From Acidobacteriota bacterium (GTDB lineage Bacteria; Acidobacteriota; Blastocatellia; Pyrinomonadales; Pyrinomonadaceae): a stretch of 64,000 bases of DNA. Location: the NCBI GenBank assembly GCA_023389035.1, contig JAEWFC010000004.1, forward strand, positions 39,894 to 103,893. Direction: 5' to 3'. Below, piece after piece: positions 1 through 8,332 of the stretch. Each line of letters begins with the position of its first letter. The stretch's first letter is position 1. A program made the translations under genes and the position numbers. The notes beneath the pieces are model-generated. The model was not told the origin of the DNA and did no database searches. It saw only the letters and a list, made by a program, of their open reading frames with translations.

Positions 1-292
1 CAGACCAGTCGTTAAGAATGAAGAGCGATTCGCGGTGGAGATAATCCGCGGTCCAGTCGGGCGCGACATACGAGCCGTGGCCCCAAATGGACCCGACCTG
101 CATTCCGCCCATCGCCTGCCAAACGTTCTGGCCGTTTTCAATGTCACCGGCCGGAATAACGACCGAGCCGTCAGTCGATACTACCTCGACTGGTATGGGC
201 GGGGCTTGCCGAAAGATCTCGCTGCCGACCCAACCGAGTATGGCGAACGAGAATACAAATACCGCAATAAGAATGATCCAGAGATTCCTCAT
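1..292 (-). CDS. norB: Quinol-dependent nitric oxide reductase (qNor/NorB family), N-terminal 97 codons; gene continues beyond the left edge
   Basis: Absent from the ORF track because it is open at the window edge. Reverse translation from the ATG at 292..290 gives MRNLWIILIAVFVFSFAILGWVGSEIFRQAPPIPVEVVSTDGSVVIPAGDIENGQNVWQAMGGMQVGSIWGHGSYVAPDWTADYLHRE. That is an N-terminal TM helix plus the GQxxWQxxGGMxxGSIxGHGxYxAPDWTADxLHRE block I recall from qNor. Confidence 0.6.
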   Translation of the reverse strand, partial: MRNLWIILIAVFVFSFAILGWVGSEIFRQAPPIPVEVVSTDGSVVIPAGDIENGQNVWQAMGGMQVGSIWGHGSYVAPDWTADYLHRESLFILNDWS

Positions 293-654
293 TATGATTC
301 ATGTCTCCTTAGGTGGAAAAAGTTTTGACGGTCGGGAGGACGGCGCGCAGCGATAACGACAATGCGGCTCTGCGGGAAGATCTCCTGCATGCCTTCTTGC
401 GAACAAAGAGTTGACTGGTCGATGCGTCGAAGCTCCTTTTGTCTACATCTGCGGGCAAGTCTATCCTGATCGTGCCGACCGAAAAGATGACCTATGTCAC
501 ACAAAGCGAAAAAGTCGCGCGTGGGCTAACGCTGTTTGTGAATCGACCGGGAGTGAGCCCGTCGAATTCGGTTTAGGTGCACGCATTGTATTAGCCGTTT
601 TATCGCGGTGTCAAGCGGATTACGCCTTTAGAATTTGATAGAATCGAACCAATC

Positions 655-1755
655 ATGCAGTTTTCATTCGATCAGGAATTAATAGACATCGCCTTCAAGG
701 TCGAGGACGGCGAACGCCTCACCTTTGACGAAGGGATGGCTTTGTACAAGACGACGGACCTAAACGCGCTGGGCAAGCTCGCCGATACTGTGCGCCGCCG
801 CAAGCACGGGCTGACGACCTATTACAATGTCAATCGTCATTTCAATCACACAAATATCTGCGTGGCTGACTGCAAGTTTTGCGGTTTCTATCGCCGGGCA
901 CGTCAGGAAGACGCCTACACTCACTCAATAGAAGAAGGCATCGAGATCGCACGCAACGCCGTTGCTGAAGGAGCCACGGAACTGCATATCGTCGGCGGGC
1001 TTAATTCAAAACTGCCTTTCGAGTATTACACCGACCTGTTTTCATCACTTAAGCGAGAATTTCCGTCGCTGCATTTGAAAGCTCTGACGATGGTCGAGCT
1101 GGATTTCTTTGCTCGCTTCTACAAGATGTCGGACGAGGAAGTAATTGAACGTCTGAAGGCTGCAGGAATGGATTCGTGCCCCGGTGGCGGAGCAGAGATC
1201 TTCGCCGAACCGACACGCTCGCGCATTTGCGATCACAAATGCGACGGCGACCGCTGGCTCGAACTAGCAGGAAAAGTTCACAGGGCCGGCCTGAAGACTA
1301 ACGCGACGATGCTCTACGGCCATATTGAAACGATCGAGGATCGGATCGATCATTTCGTGCGGCTACGTGAACAGCAGGACAAGACCGGCGGATTTCAGTG
1401 CTTTATCCCGCTCGCCTTTTATCCGCCCGGCACGGCTCTGTCGTCGCTGCCCGGACCCGACGCGATCGACAATCTTAAGACCATCGCAGTCTCGCGCCTG
1501 ATGCTCGATAACTTTGACCACATCAAGGCCTACTGGGTAATGCTCGGCAAAGCCACCGCCCAGACCGCTCTCCACTTCGGCGCCAACGACCTCGACGGCA
1601 CCATCACCGACGGCGGCGAACTAACCCACGCCTACGCCGCCGAAGGCGAAGTAAAAATGACCAAAGCCGAGATCATAACCATGATCCAAAACGCCGGCTT
1701 CGAGGCTGTGGAAAGGGATACGGTGTATAACCGCGTCGAAAAAGTCGGGGTGTAA
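655..1755 (+). CDS. mqnE: Radical-SAM menaquinone (futalosine pathway) enzyme, MqnE/MqnC/CofH family, most like aminodeoxyfutalosine synthase MqnE
   Basis: 366-aa ORF with CxxxCxxC ([10 protein letters not shown]), [43 protein letters not shown] and [10 protein letters not shown] blocks. The MqnE versus MqnC choice rests on recollection only. Confidence 0.75.
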   Translation: MQFSFDQELIDIAFKVEDGERLTFDEGMALYKTTDLNALGKLADTVRRRKHGLTTYYNVNRHFNHTNICVADCKFCGFYRRARQEDAYTHSIEEGIEIARNAVAEGATELHIVGGLNSKLPFEYYTDLFSSLKREFPSLHLKALTMVELDFFARFYKMSDEEVIERLKAAGMDSCPGGGAEIFAEPTRSRICDHKCDGDRWLELAGKVHRAGLKTNATMLYGHIETIEDRIDHFVRLREQQDKTGGFQCFIPLAFYPPGTALSSLPGPDAIDNLKTIAVSRLMLDNFDHIKAYWVMLGKATAQTALHFGANDLDGTITDGGELTHAYAAEGEVKMTKAEIITMIQNAGFEAVERDTVYNRVEKVGV

Positions 1756-1756
1756 G

Positions 1757-2311
1757 ATGTGGTATTTTTCATCAATTAGTTTTGGCATTCTCATCTTGTT
1801 CGGAAGTTGTTCTGATTTGCCTACCGCAAACAACAGGCAGCGCGACGAATTAGCTATTCGAATGGAGCGAAAAGGCTGTTACGGGGAATGTCCGATTTAC
1901 GTACTGAACATTCAGTCGGACGGAAAAGTTGTCTTTGAAGGAAAAGGTTACACCGACGTAATAGGAACCGCTGAATCTCGAATAACCCAGCTTCAACTTG
2001 ACGAACTCTTGAAGGAACTTCGCAACGCGGATGTTTTCGGCCTGAGAGACTCATACGAAACTGGTGCCGATGGTTGTCCAACGGAAGCTACAGATATGCC
2101 CACTGTGATTCTGGATGTTCGCCTGAACGGTCAAGAGAAGAACATTTCGCATTACCATGGCTGTTTGGAGATTTCTGAACCGGGGCCCGTCGAGCCAGGC
2201 ACCGTTCGGCAGGCCGAACGACTTCGATCGTACCCGATGAAATTGACTCGTTTCGAGGAAAGAATTGACGAGATCGTCGGAACAAAACAATGGATTGGAG
2301 AACGTAAGTGA
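1757..2311 (+). CDS. Putative lipoprotein, DUF6438-like (cassette 1 inserted after the mqn stop codon)
   Basis: 184-aa ORF starting 1 nt after the mqn TAA. It has an N-terminal hydrophobic segment ending LFGSC (lipobox-like). The CYGECPIYVLNIQSDGKVVFEGKGY block resembles DUF6438-type domains (recollection). Confidence 0.6.
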   Translation: MWYFSSISFGILILFGSCSDLPTANNRQRDELAIRMERKGCYGECPIYVLNIQSDGKVVFEGKGYTDVIGTAESRITQLQLDELLKELRNADVFGLRDSYETGADGCPTEATDMPTVILDVRLNGQEKNISHYHGCLEISEPGPVEPGTVRQAERLRSYPMKLTRFEERIDEIVGTKQWIGERK

Positions 2312-2313
2312 AC

Positions 2314-2520
2314 AAAGCCGCCGCCCGGACCGCGCTCCACTTCGGCGCCAACGACGTCGACTTACGCCTCACCGACGGCGGCGAACTAACCCACGCCTAC
2401 GCCGCCGAAGGCGAAGTGAAAATGACGAAGCAAGAGATCATCGAAATGATCCGCCGTGCCGGCTTCGAGACCGTCGAAAGAGATACCGTCTACAACCGCG
2501 TGGAAAAGATCGCCGCATGA
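2314..2520 (+). pseudogene. Displaced copy 2 of the mqnE-like 3' end (last 68 codons plus stop), still an open frame (track ORF 2308..2520)
   Basis: Colinear with 1549..1755 without indels; 54 of 68 residues identical by my count. The conserved GANDLDGT block is degraded to GANDVDLR. A GTG start overlaps the upstream stop (GTGA, 2308-2311), and its TGA overlaps the next ATG (ATGA, 2517-2520). Confidence 0.8.
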
Positions 2521-3368
2521 TTATGAGAAAGGTCGTCATTGCATCATTTTTAATTTGTCTTCTGACGATTTGCGCTTCGGCTCAACACAGACCATTTGAA
2601 GATTTCCGGAAAGCCGTAAACGAAGAACCAGGCGGATTTGCGGGAAACAAAGGAAATCTCTCAAAAGTCTTCAACGATGAAAGGGTGCGGTTAGGGGAGC
2701 GTTTTGAAACTGAGCTATGGCTATACATTGAGGACGACCCTGACAAGCATTTTTGGATAGCCGCCTTCATTGACTCAAAATCGTACTTACACGGTAACTC
2801 CCCGCTGCCCGAACTAGCATTTCGGATACGCGAGAAATCACTCGGACTCCTCGGAAACGACAAAGTAAGTCGAGGACGAAGAGTTTCCATTCTTCGCGAA
2901 TTGGCAATTGCGTCCAAATTGACTGGAAATCAAGAGCAAGCGATCCGATTTCGCGACGAAGCTGAAGAATTAGCCAAAGATCCCGACTTAAGCTCCTATA
3001 TTTCCGGCAGAACCCAATACGATGTGTGTATATATGCGAACCTTACCGGCAGTATTTCATTGTGTAATGAAAAAGAGGCTCCGAAAGAAAGGATCATCTC
3101 TGCCGGTTGGATGAATAGCCGGGCGATCAACTTTCAGAACCCTAGATATCCGTCGGCCATCAAGAAGCCGAGATCAGTGGCTCGAGTTGAGGTTCGGATC
3201 ATGACGGACGTAGAGGGAAATGTTATTTCAGCAGCCGTCTCTCGCGGTCCGGTAGACTTTCATAACGCGGCTCTCGATGCAGCGAGAAAGCTGAAATTTT
3301 CACCCACTTTATTGTCTGGTGTTCCGACAAAGGTTTCCGGGTGGGTCTCATACGACTTTAAACCTTAG
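2517..3368 (+). CDS. Secreted protein with C-terminal TonB_C-like domain (cassette 2)
   Basis: The true start is most likely ATG 2517 (MIMRKVVIASFLICLLTICASAQ signal peptide). The long Arg-rich N-terminal extension of track ORF 2265..3368 reads across the mqn tail copy out of frame. The C-terminus VARVEVRIMTDVEGNVISAAVSRGPVDFHNAALDAARKLKFSP matches the TonB C-terminal domain pattern. Confidence 0.65.
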   Translation: MIMRKVVIASFLICLLTICASAQHRPFEDFRKAVNEEPGGFAGNKGNLSKVFNDERVRLGERFETELWLYIEDDPDKHFWIAAFIDSKSYLHGNSPLPELAFRIREKSLGLLGNDKVSRGRRVSILRELAIASKLTGNQEQAIRFRDEAEELAKDPDLSSYISGRTQYDVCIYANLTGSISLCNEKEAPKERIISAGWMNSRAINFQNPRYPSAIKKPRSVARVEVRIMTDVEGNVISAAVSRGPVDFHNAALDAARKLKFSPTLLSGVPTKVSGWVSYDFKP

Positions 3369-3378
3369 AAGCTATCGT

Positions 3379-3522
3379 GGCCGCGAGTTGACCCGCGCCT
3401 AGGCCGCTGAAGGCGAGGTGAAAAAGACCAAAGCCGAGATCATCACCATAATCCGAAACGCCGGCTTCGAAGCCGTAGAACGCGACACCGTCTACAACCG
3501 CGTGGAAAGGGTCACCGCATAA
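3379..3522 (+). pseudogene. Displaced copy 3 of the mqnE-like 3' end (about 47 codons) with an in-frame TAG
   Basis: Translates [46 protein letters not shown], aligned with [47 protein letters not shown] of the intact gene. TAG at 3400-3402 replaces the Tyr codon. Confidence 0.8.
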
Positions 3523-3635
3523 GCAATGAAGTCTGAATTTCAAGTTCTCAGTTCGCGTCCCCGTCAACAAATGGTTGATTCGAATTCGATTCGGGAATAT
3601 ACTCGTCAAACTTCAAACCAGTAAAGAGGAATAAA

Positions 3636-4271
3636 ATGAGACACTTTTTCGATTGCGTTTCGATCGCTGTACTTTTTTCGGCGGTTGCGTCGACGACGAG
3701 CGCTCAGTCGCTTGAGGACAACCAGAATTTCTATAGTTTTATGTCTCAAGTCAGGTCCATCCGGTCGTCAGTCGAGGACGGCGATAAGATCTTTCCGATG
3801 GAGTTTGTTTACTGTTTGGATAAGTATGAGAAACTCATCGCGAGCGGTGTGTCACCTTCAACCCGAGTTGAGAAGTATGCGGAGTTGGTTTGGAATGGAA
3901 CCTTGGCTGAGATCAAGGAAAAATATTGCGTCGCCCCTGAGAAAAAGGTGAATGACGAATGGGATGCGAAGCAAGCTCCGTACAAAGCCGCTCTAAAAGC
4001 AGACAAGCTTCGCCTAGTAATTAATCAGAATAGCCGTGTAATCTACTCCTATGCACTTGCCGGCGGCAAGTATACCGACGATGCAAAGGCTCTCGCCGCT
4101 GCACGTGTTTGGTTCTTAAATATTGGAACGTCTACCGCTGAGACTCGTGTCTGCCTGAATGGCGGCAAACTAAATTCGGTTCGTCGGTATTCGTTCGACG
4201 TAAATCACAAGCTGATCGGTACTACCGAAAAGGAATTTTGCGGCACTCCGCCGGCATCGGCATACCGATAA
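3636..4271 (+). CDS. Secreted hypothetical protein
   Basis: 211-aa ORF with signal peptide MRHFFDCVSIAVLFSAVASTTSAQS and an AAGAGGA-like RBS upstream. No recognisable domain. Confidence 0.55.
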   Translation: MRHFFDCVSIAVLFSAVASTTSAQSLEDNQNFYSFMSQVRSIRSSVEDGDKIFPMEFVYCLDKYEKLIASGVSPSTRVEKYAELVWNGTLAEIKEKYCVAPEKKVNDEWDAKQAPYKAALKADKLRLVINQNSRVIYSYALAGGKYTDDAKALAAARVWFLNIGTSTAETRVCLNGGKLNSVRRYSFDVNHKLIGTTEKEFCGTPPASAYR

Positions 4272-4338
4272 CGAGCCGCTAATAAAACGTCTCCCGGATC
4301 CACGGTCAATTTCACTTCCCGAAACCGTTCATTTGCGC

Positions 4339-4368
4339 TTGACACATGCAACCGTTTGGTTGCATACT
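4339..4368 (+). promoter_or_regulatory. Sigma-70-like promoter with palindromic ArsR-type operator for the arsR cluster
   Basis: TTGACA (4339-4344), an 18-nt spacer, then CATACT (4363-4368). The spacer holds the palindrome ATGCAACC-gttt-GGTTGCAT (4346-4365). The -10 box lies about 14 nt before ATG 4382, implying a leaderless or very short-leader mRNA. Confidence 0.5.
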
Positions 4369-4381
4369 TGCGCTCGTTGAT

Positions 4382-4702
4382 ATGAAACGAGATGTATTTC
4401 AAGCCATTGCAGATCCGACGCGGCGGGCGATAATCGCGCTAGTCGCGGTTCAGGCGATGACACCAAATGCTATCGCCGAGCATTTCGATACGTCGCGGCA
4501 GGCGGTGTCGAAGCACTTGCGGATACTCGCGGAATGCGAGCTTGTGCAGCAGGAGCAAAAGGGGCGAGAGATCTACTACCGGCTGGAGATCGAGAAAATG
4601 AAAGAGATCGATGAATGGCTGGAGCAGTACAGGCAGATCTGGGAAACGCGGTTCGAGCAGCTCGATGATCTGCTTACCGAACTAAAACTAAATAAGAAAT
4701 AG
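4382..4702 (+). CDS. ArsR/SmtB family transcriptional regulator
   Basis: [21 protein letters not shown]...[26 protein letters not shown] is a winged-HTH ArsR signature. ATG 4346 of the track ORF lies inside the predicted promoter, so 4382 is preferred. Confidence 0.8.
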   Translation: MKRDVFQAIADPTRRAIIALVAVQAMTPNAIAEHFDTSRQAVSKHLRILAECELVQQEQKGREIYYRLEIEKMKEIDEWLEQYRQIWETRFEQLDDLLTELKLNKK

Positions 4703-4713
4703 GAGCGAATGAA

Positions 4714-5238
4714 ATGAAACCAGCTGAAGTGAGCACGCCTTCAGATCGAGAAGTATTAATTAAGCGGAGCTTTGATGCAGCGGCCGATCTGGTGTGGCAG
4801 GCATATACCGAACCCGCGTTGATGCGTCGTTGGTTAACGGCTATGCCCGGATGGTCAATGCCGGTATGCGAAATGACCACATCGGTCGGCGGCCATTATC
4901 GCTGGCGATGGCGCGATGACGCAAACGGCGTCGAGTTTGGCTTTACGGGAGAGATGATTGAGGTCGAGCCGCCGTCAAAGATCGTGCATACGCAAGTTTA
5001 TGACCCCGGCACCATGGGCGGTTCGATGGGAGATGGCGCGTCTGTCATCACTGTAACGTTCAATGAGACTGACGGGAAAACCAACGTGGCCACCCTGATC
5101 AAATTTGCATCAAAAGCGGATCGCGACGCGGCGGTATCAACAGGCATGACCGACGGCATGGAGATGAGCTACAAACAGCTCGACGAAGTGCTTAACACGC
5201 TCGACAGTGCTGAAGCCGGCGCGCCGGCAAGTGCGTAA
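4714..5238 (+). CDS. SRPBCC superfamily protein (AHSA1/Aha1-like domain)
   Basis: LIKRSFDAAADLVWQAYTEPALMRRWL start typical of AHSA1-domain proteins; sits in the classic position after arsR. Confidence 0.7.
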   Translation: MKPAEVSTPSDREVLIKRSFDAAADLVWQAYTEPALMRRWLTAMPGWSMPVCEMTTSVGGHYRWRWRDDANGVEFGFTGEMIEVEPPSKIVHTQVYDPGTMGGSMGDGASVITVTFNETDGKTNVATLIKFASKADRDAAVSTGMTDGMEMSYKQLDEVLNTLDSAEAGAPASA

Positions 5239-5274
5239 ACATCAACCCGGCCGAAGGCAGCCACTGATCGAAAT

Positions 5275-5760
5275 ATGGAATTCCACGTCAATAAAGAGAC
5301 GAAGACGGTCTCGATCACCAAGGAATTTGCGGCCGGGATCGACCTTGTTTGGGATGCTTACACCAAGCCGGAACTTCTGGATCAATGGTGGGCACCAAAA
5401 CCTTGGGTATCTAGAACAAAGGTCATGGACTTCAGAGAGGGCGGACGAAGATTTTACGCAATGGTCAGCCCCGAGGGAGTTAAGCGTTGGTCAATTCAGA
5501 ATTACACTTCCATCACCCCGAAGACCAACTTCAAACTCTTCAACGCCTTCGCCGACGAGAACGAAAACCTTGAACTTCCCGGCTCCGACTGGGATCTCAG
5601 TTTCACCGAGCAAGACCGCAAGACAAAGGTCCACATTTCGATCTACAACGAATCGCTCGAACGCCTCGAGAGAATGATCGAATTCGGCTTCCGCGAAGGC
5701 ACGATGGCGCAGCTGCAGAATCTGGAAGAGCTGCTCGCACGACTTTCGCGGCGATCTTAG
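5275..5760 (+). CDS. SRPBCC superfamily protein (AHSA1-like), second copy
   Basis: [31 protein letters not shown] block; paralogue class of the preceding gene. Confidence 0.7.
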   Translation: MEFHVNKETKTVSITKEFAAGIDLVWDAYTKPELLDQWWAPKPWVSRTKVMDFREGGRRFYAMVSPEGVKRWSIQNYTSITPKTNFKLFNAFADENENLELPGSDWDLSFTEQDRKTKVHISIYNESLERLERMIEFGFREGTMAQLQNLEELLARLSRRS

Positions 5761-5849
5761 CGGTGGTGTCTTAGCCTCGTTAGCGAGCCTTATCGACGGG
5801 GCTAATAGCCGAAAAAGATTGCTAAAGGCAGCCTCAGAGACACGTACCA

Positions 5850-6302
5850 ATGAATGTCCAACAACAGATCGATGGATATATCGAGAGCCAGCCCGAACCC
5901 AAGCGCGGTGAACTGCAGGCATTGCACGCGTTGATCCTGTCAGTAAGTCCGGCGGCGAAATTGTGGTTCCTTGATGGTAAAGACGCCGAAGGCAAGGTCG
6001 TTTCCAATCCGAATATCGGCTACGGCTCTCGACCACATGAATACGCCGATGGGGCGATCCGTGATTTTTACCAGATCGGCCTGAGTGCAAACAAAACCGG
6101 GATCTCTGTTTATATCCTCGGTATCGAAGACAAGCTCTTCCTGGCCGAAAGCTACGCCAAAGACCTCGGCAAGGCGACAGTCACCGGCTATTGCATCAGG
6201 TTCAGAACTCCAAAAGATATAAACACCGATGTTCTTGCAGCGGCGATCAGATTTGGGTTTGAGAGTTCGAATGAAAAAGGTAATGGAGGGCAAGAATCGT
6301 GA
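5850..6302 (+). CDS. DUF1801 (YdhG-like) domain protein
   Basis: IDGYIESQPEPKRGELQALHALI ... GYGS ... YQIGLSANKTGISVYI pattern as recalled for DUF1801. Confidence 0.6.
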   Translation: MNVQQQIDGYIESQPEPKRGELQALHALILSVSPAAKLWFLDGKDAEGKVVSNPNIGYGSRPHEYADGAIRDFYQIGLSANKTGISVYILGIEDKLFLAESYAKDLGKATVTGYCIRFRTPKDINTDVLAAAIRFGFESSNEKGNGGQES

Positions 6303-6826
6303 ATTCAGCTTTTTATGACATGCTCGAGGCGATTGGCAATCGCTCGGCAATGTATATCGACCCTTCACAGTCGATTACCGCACTCTACAACTTCCTCAGC
6401 GGATACCAGTCTGGCAGCAACTGGAAGAAGATTGTTAGAAATACCGAGCCATCATACGCCGAATTCAATAATTGGGTCGCGATGAAGTTGAACTTTTACG
6501 AGGCAACGAAAGGTTGGCGCAGAATGCTTCTTGAACGCGAAAATGGCGATGAAGAGAGAGCTTTCAAAGAATTCTTTGTTCTCCTCGATGAGTTCCGAAA
6601 CCGAAAAGAAACGCGATTGTTCCGAGCCGAGCTTCCCAAAAAGCCAGGCCGAAAGACAAAGATCCTTGAGATCGTCAAATATACGGACGACGGTGGTGTT
6701 TTTGTGCGGTCGATCAACTCTAGAAACAAGATCATCGATGAGATGTATTGGCAGACATTAAAGAACGCATTTGAGATCTATGAAATGCAAGTTGGCAAAT
6801 TAAGCTGGGAAGAAATAAAGAATTGA
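6299..6826 (+). CDS. Hypothetical cytoplasmic protein (orphan, immunity-protein-like size and composition)
   Basis: 175-aa ORF. The GTG start overlaps the upstream stop (GTGA); an alternative ATG lies at 6320. No recognisable domain. Confidence 0.5.
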   Translation: MNSAFYDMLEAIGNRSAMYIDPSQSITALYNFLSGYQSGSNWKKIVRNTEPSYAEFNNWVAMKLNFYEATKGWRRMLLERENGDEERAFKEFFVLLDEFRNRKETRLFRAELPKKPGRKTKILEIVKYTDDGGVFVRSINSRNKIIDEMYWQTLKNAFEIYEMQVGKLSWEEIKN

Positions 6827-6857
6827 TGCCGCCGAACGTTAATAAGGGCAGAACAAT

Positions 6858-7457
6858 ATGAGAAAAATAATTGCCTGTGAATTTATAACGCTTGATGGTG
6901 TTATACAGTCGTCTCCGGAGAACGGGTTTAAGTATGAAGGTTGGTTTTTTGGTTATACGGACGAGGAGTGCGGGTCGGTGATACAGGAGCGGTTGGCGAA
7001 GGAGGTCGATCTGCTGCTGGGGCGAAAGACGTTTGATATCTGGGAACCGTACTGGCCGACGCATTCGGACTTTTGGCCGAACGTGATGACGGCGACCAAA
7101 TACGTGGCCTCGAACACTCGCGATTCGAGCGACTGGCAGCCGACGGTATTCTTAGGCGGCGATCTTGCGGAAAAGGTCCGCGAACTTAAACAAACTGACG
7201 GACCGGACCTGCACGTTTTCGGCAGCGCCGATATGCTTCAGACGCTTTTCAAAGCCGATCTCGTCGACCGGCTGGAGCTGATGATATTTCCCATCACGCT
7301 GGGCCAAGGAAAACGCCTGTTCCAGGGCGGCACGATCCCCGCCGCCTTCAAGGTGACAGAGAGCCAGATATCACCAAACGGCGTGATCATCGCAAACTAT
7401 GAACGTGACGGCGCTGTAAAAAGTGGCGGGGCTCCTCAGATAAGTGAGGACGATTAA
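6858..7457 (+). CDS. Dihydrofolate reductase family protein (RibD C-terminal domain, YyaP/YwjB-like)
   Basis: [17 protein letters not shown] ... [11 protein letters not shown] ... [12 protein letters not shown] ... [19 protein letters not shown] is the typical RibD_C pattern. Confidence 0.75.
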   Translation: MRKIIACEFITLDGVIQSSPENGFKYEGWFFGYTDEECGSVIQERLAKEVDLLLGRKTFDIWEPYWPTHSDFWPNVMTATKYVASNTRDSSDWQPTVFLGGDLAEKVRELKQTDGPDLHVFGSADMLQTLFKADLVDRLELMIFPITLGQGKRLFQGGTIPAAFKVTESQISPNGVIIANYERDGAVKSGGAPQISEDD

Positions 7458-7460
7458 ACA

Positions 7461-7658
7461 ATGGATCTACTAACGCGATACTGGTTCAAATTCGATGGTG
7501 CGGATAATTTTGTGAAATGGGTCGACGTTACCGCCTACAGCATTGAAGATGCGCGAGGCGTCATGCAGCAACATGTCTTTATAAATGGGCAAATGCCAGA
7601 GCTAGTAACCGTAACCGAGAATATTGACGTTTCGATGCTGGATGAGGGACATATATAG
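7461..7658 (+). CDS. Small hypothetical protein, probably a truncated member of a family whose conserved C-terminus continues after two TAG codons (to 7718)
   Basis: 65-aa ORF starting 3 nt after the DHFR-like stop. The same frame continues ...GHI*PNIGMPTSRGVW*PNLNSY*. A second copy of that tail at 8333-8388 reads [18 protein letters not shown] with no internal stop. Confidence 0.5.
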   Translation: MDLLTRYWFKFDGADNFVKWVDVTAYSIEDARGVMQQHVFINGQMPELVTVTENIDVSMLDEGHI

Positions 7659-7662
7659 CCTA

Positions 7663-7718
7663 ATATCGGGATGCCCACGAGCCGTGGTGTGTGGTAGCCC
7701 AACCTAAACTCTTACTAA
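7663..7718 (+). repeat. 56-bp repeat copy 1 (3' coding tail of the small-protein family)
   Basis: 52 of 56 nt identical to 8333-8388 by my count. Differences are agc/atc, tag/tat, ccc/cca and tac/tat, two of them synonymous third positions. Confidence 0.8.
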
Positions 7719-7794
7719 ACGGCGTGATCATCGAGACTACGACCGCGACGGCGATGTAAAGACCGGCTCACCTCAGATAGATGAGGAATAATAA
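7717..7794 (+). pseudogene. Displaced, frameshifted copy of the DHFR-like gene 3' end
   Basis: aaacggcgtgatcatcgagactacgaccgcgacggcgatgtaaagaccggctcacctcagatagatgaggaataa aligns to 7376-7457 ([26 protein letters not shown]) with a 1-nt and a 3-nt gap. It begins on the TAA of the preceding tail. Confidence 0.8.
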
Positions 7795-7816
7795 GATCTG
7801 ATTGAAACTAAGCACT

Positions 7817-8194
7817 ATGGGAGACGAGCGAGATTTTAACACTATTGAAGAGTTTTTACTGAAAGTTCCTAGTATCACTGGGACGATCGGCAAGGGCAGA
7901 TTCGAAAATGGAAATTGGTGGGTCAAATTTAAGATAGACATCTCGCATCCGCTTGCCTGGAGTGTTGTACAGGAGTTCGGTTGCATCTTCAACTACATTT
8001 CAGCAAATGAGAGGCTGCCGACCGTCTTTATGCCTGTGTCGCCGGCTCCTTACCTAAATGGCGGCCCCTCGGAATTTCTGTCATGGGTTATAGAGTCAAA
8101 AGATCCGAAATTCAAACCGGGTACTGCAAAAAAGTGGCTCGAAGGACGACTTCCGCAACCCGTCGACGATATCTCGATGTGGAACTCAGAATAA
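7817..8194 (+). CDS. Hypothetical cytoplasmic protein (orphan cassette gene)
   Basis: Track ORF 7802..8194 starts at TTG; the first ATG is at 7817 (MGDERDFNTIEEF...). No recognisable domain. Confidence 0.5.
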   Translation: MGDERDFNTIEEFLLKVPSITGTIGKGRFENGNWWVKFKIDISHPLAWSVVQEFGCIFNYISANERLPTVFMPVSPAPYLNGGPSEFLSWVIESKDPKFKPGTAKKWLEGRLPQPVDDISMWNSE

Positions 8195-8332
8195 TCAGAA
8201 TAAAGATGACCAATTGGAATCCAAAAATAGAAACTACAACTCTCGTCGTAACCATAGTAGTGGCGATGTTTGGAGGGAAAGGTTGGCGCAATTGAAGGGG
8301 AGATCATAAATCAACTTCGTGAAACGCCGGTG

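Noticed and set aside
293-654. NsrR, NnrR or sigma-54 control elements upstream of the qNor gene
   Set aside because: Only short 4-bp symmetries such as TGAC-ctat-GTCA are present. There is no TTGAT-N4-ATCAA box and no TGGCAC-N5-TTGC element on the relevant strand.
2265-2516. Arg-rich N-terminal extension of track ORF 2265..3368
   Set aside because: It reads the displaced mqn tail copy in a different frame. A signal peptide starts at the internal ATG 2517, which overlaps the tail ORF stop.
7663-7718. Integron attC site or CALIN cassette boundary
   Set aside because: The hairpin CCACG-agc-CGTGG is short and no RYYYAAC/GTTRRRY core pair is present. The element reads as a conserved protein C-terminus with synonymous differences between copies, and no intI gene is present.
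8215-8295. 26-aa hydrophobic mini-ORF (MTNWNPKIETTTLVVTIVVAMFGGKGWRN), considered as a type I toxin-like peptide
   Set aside because: It is too short to support from sequence alone. No antisense RNA signal or RBS is evident, and it lies in decayed cassette DNA.
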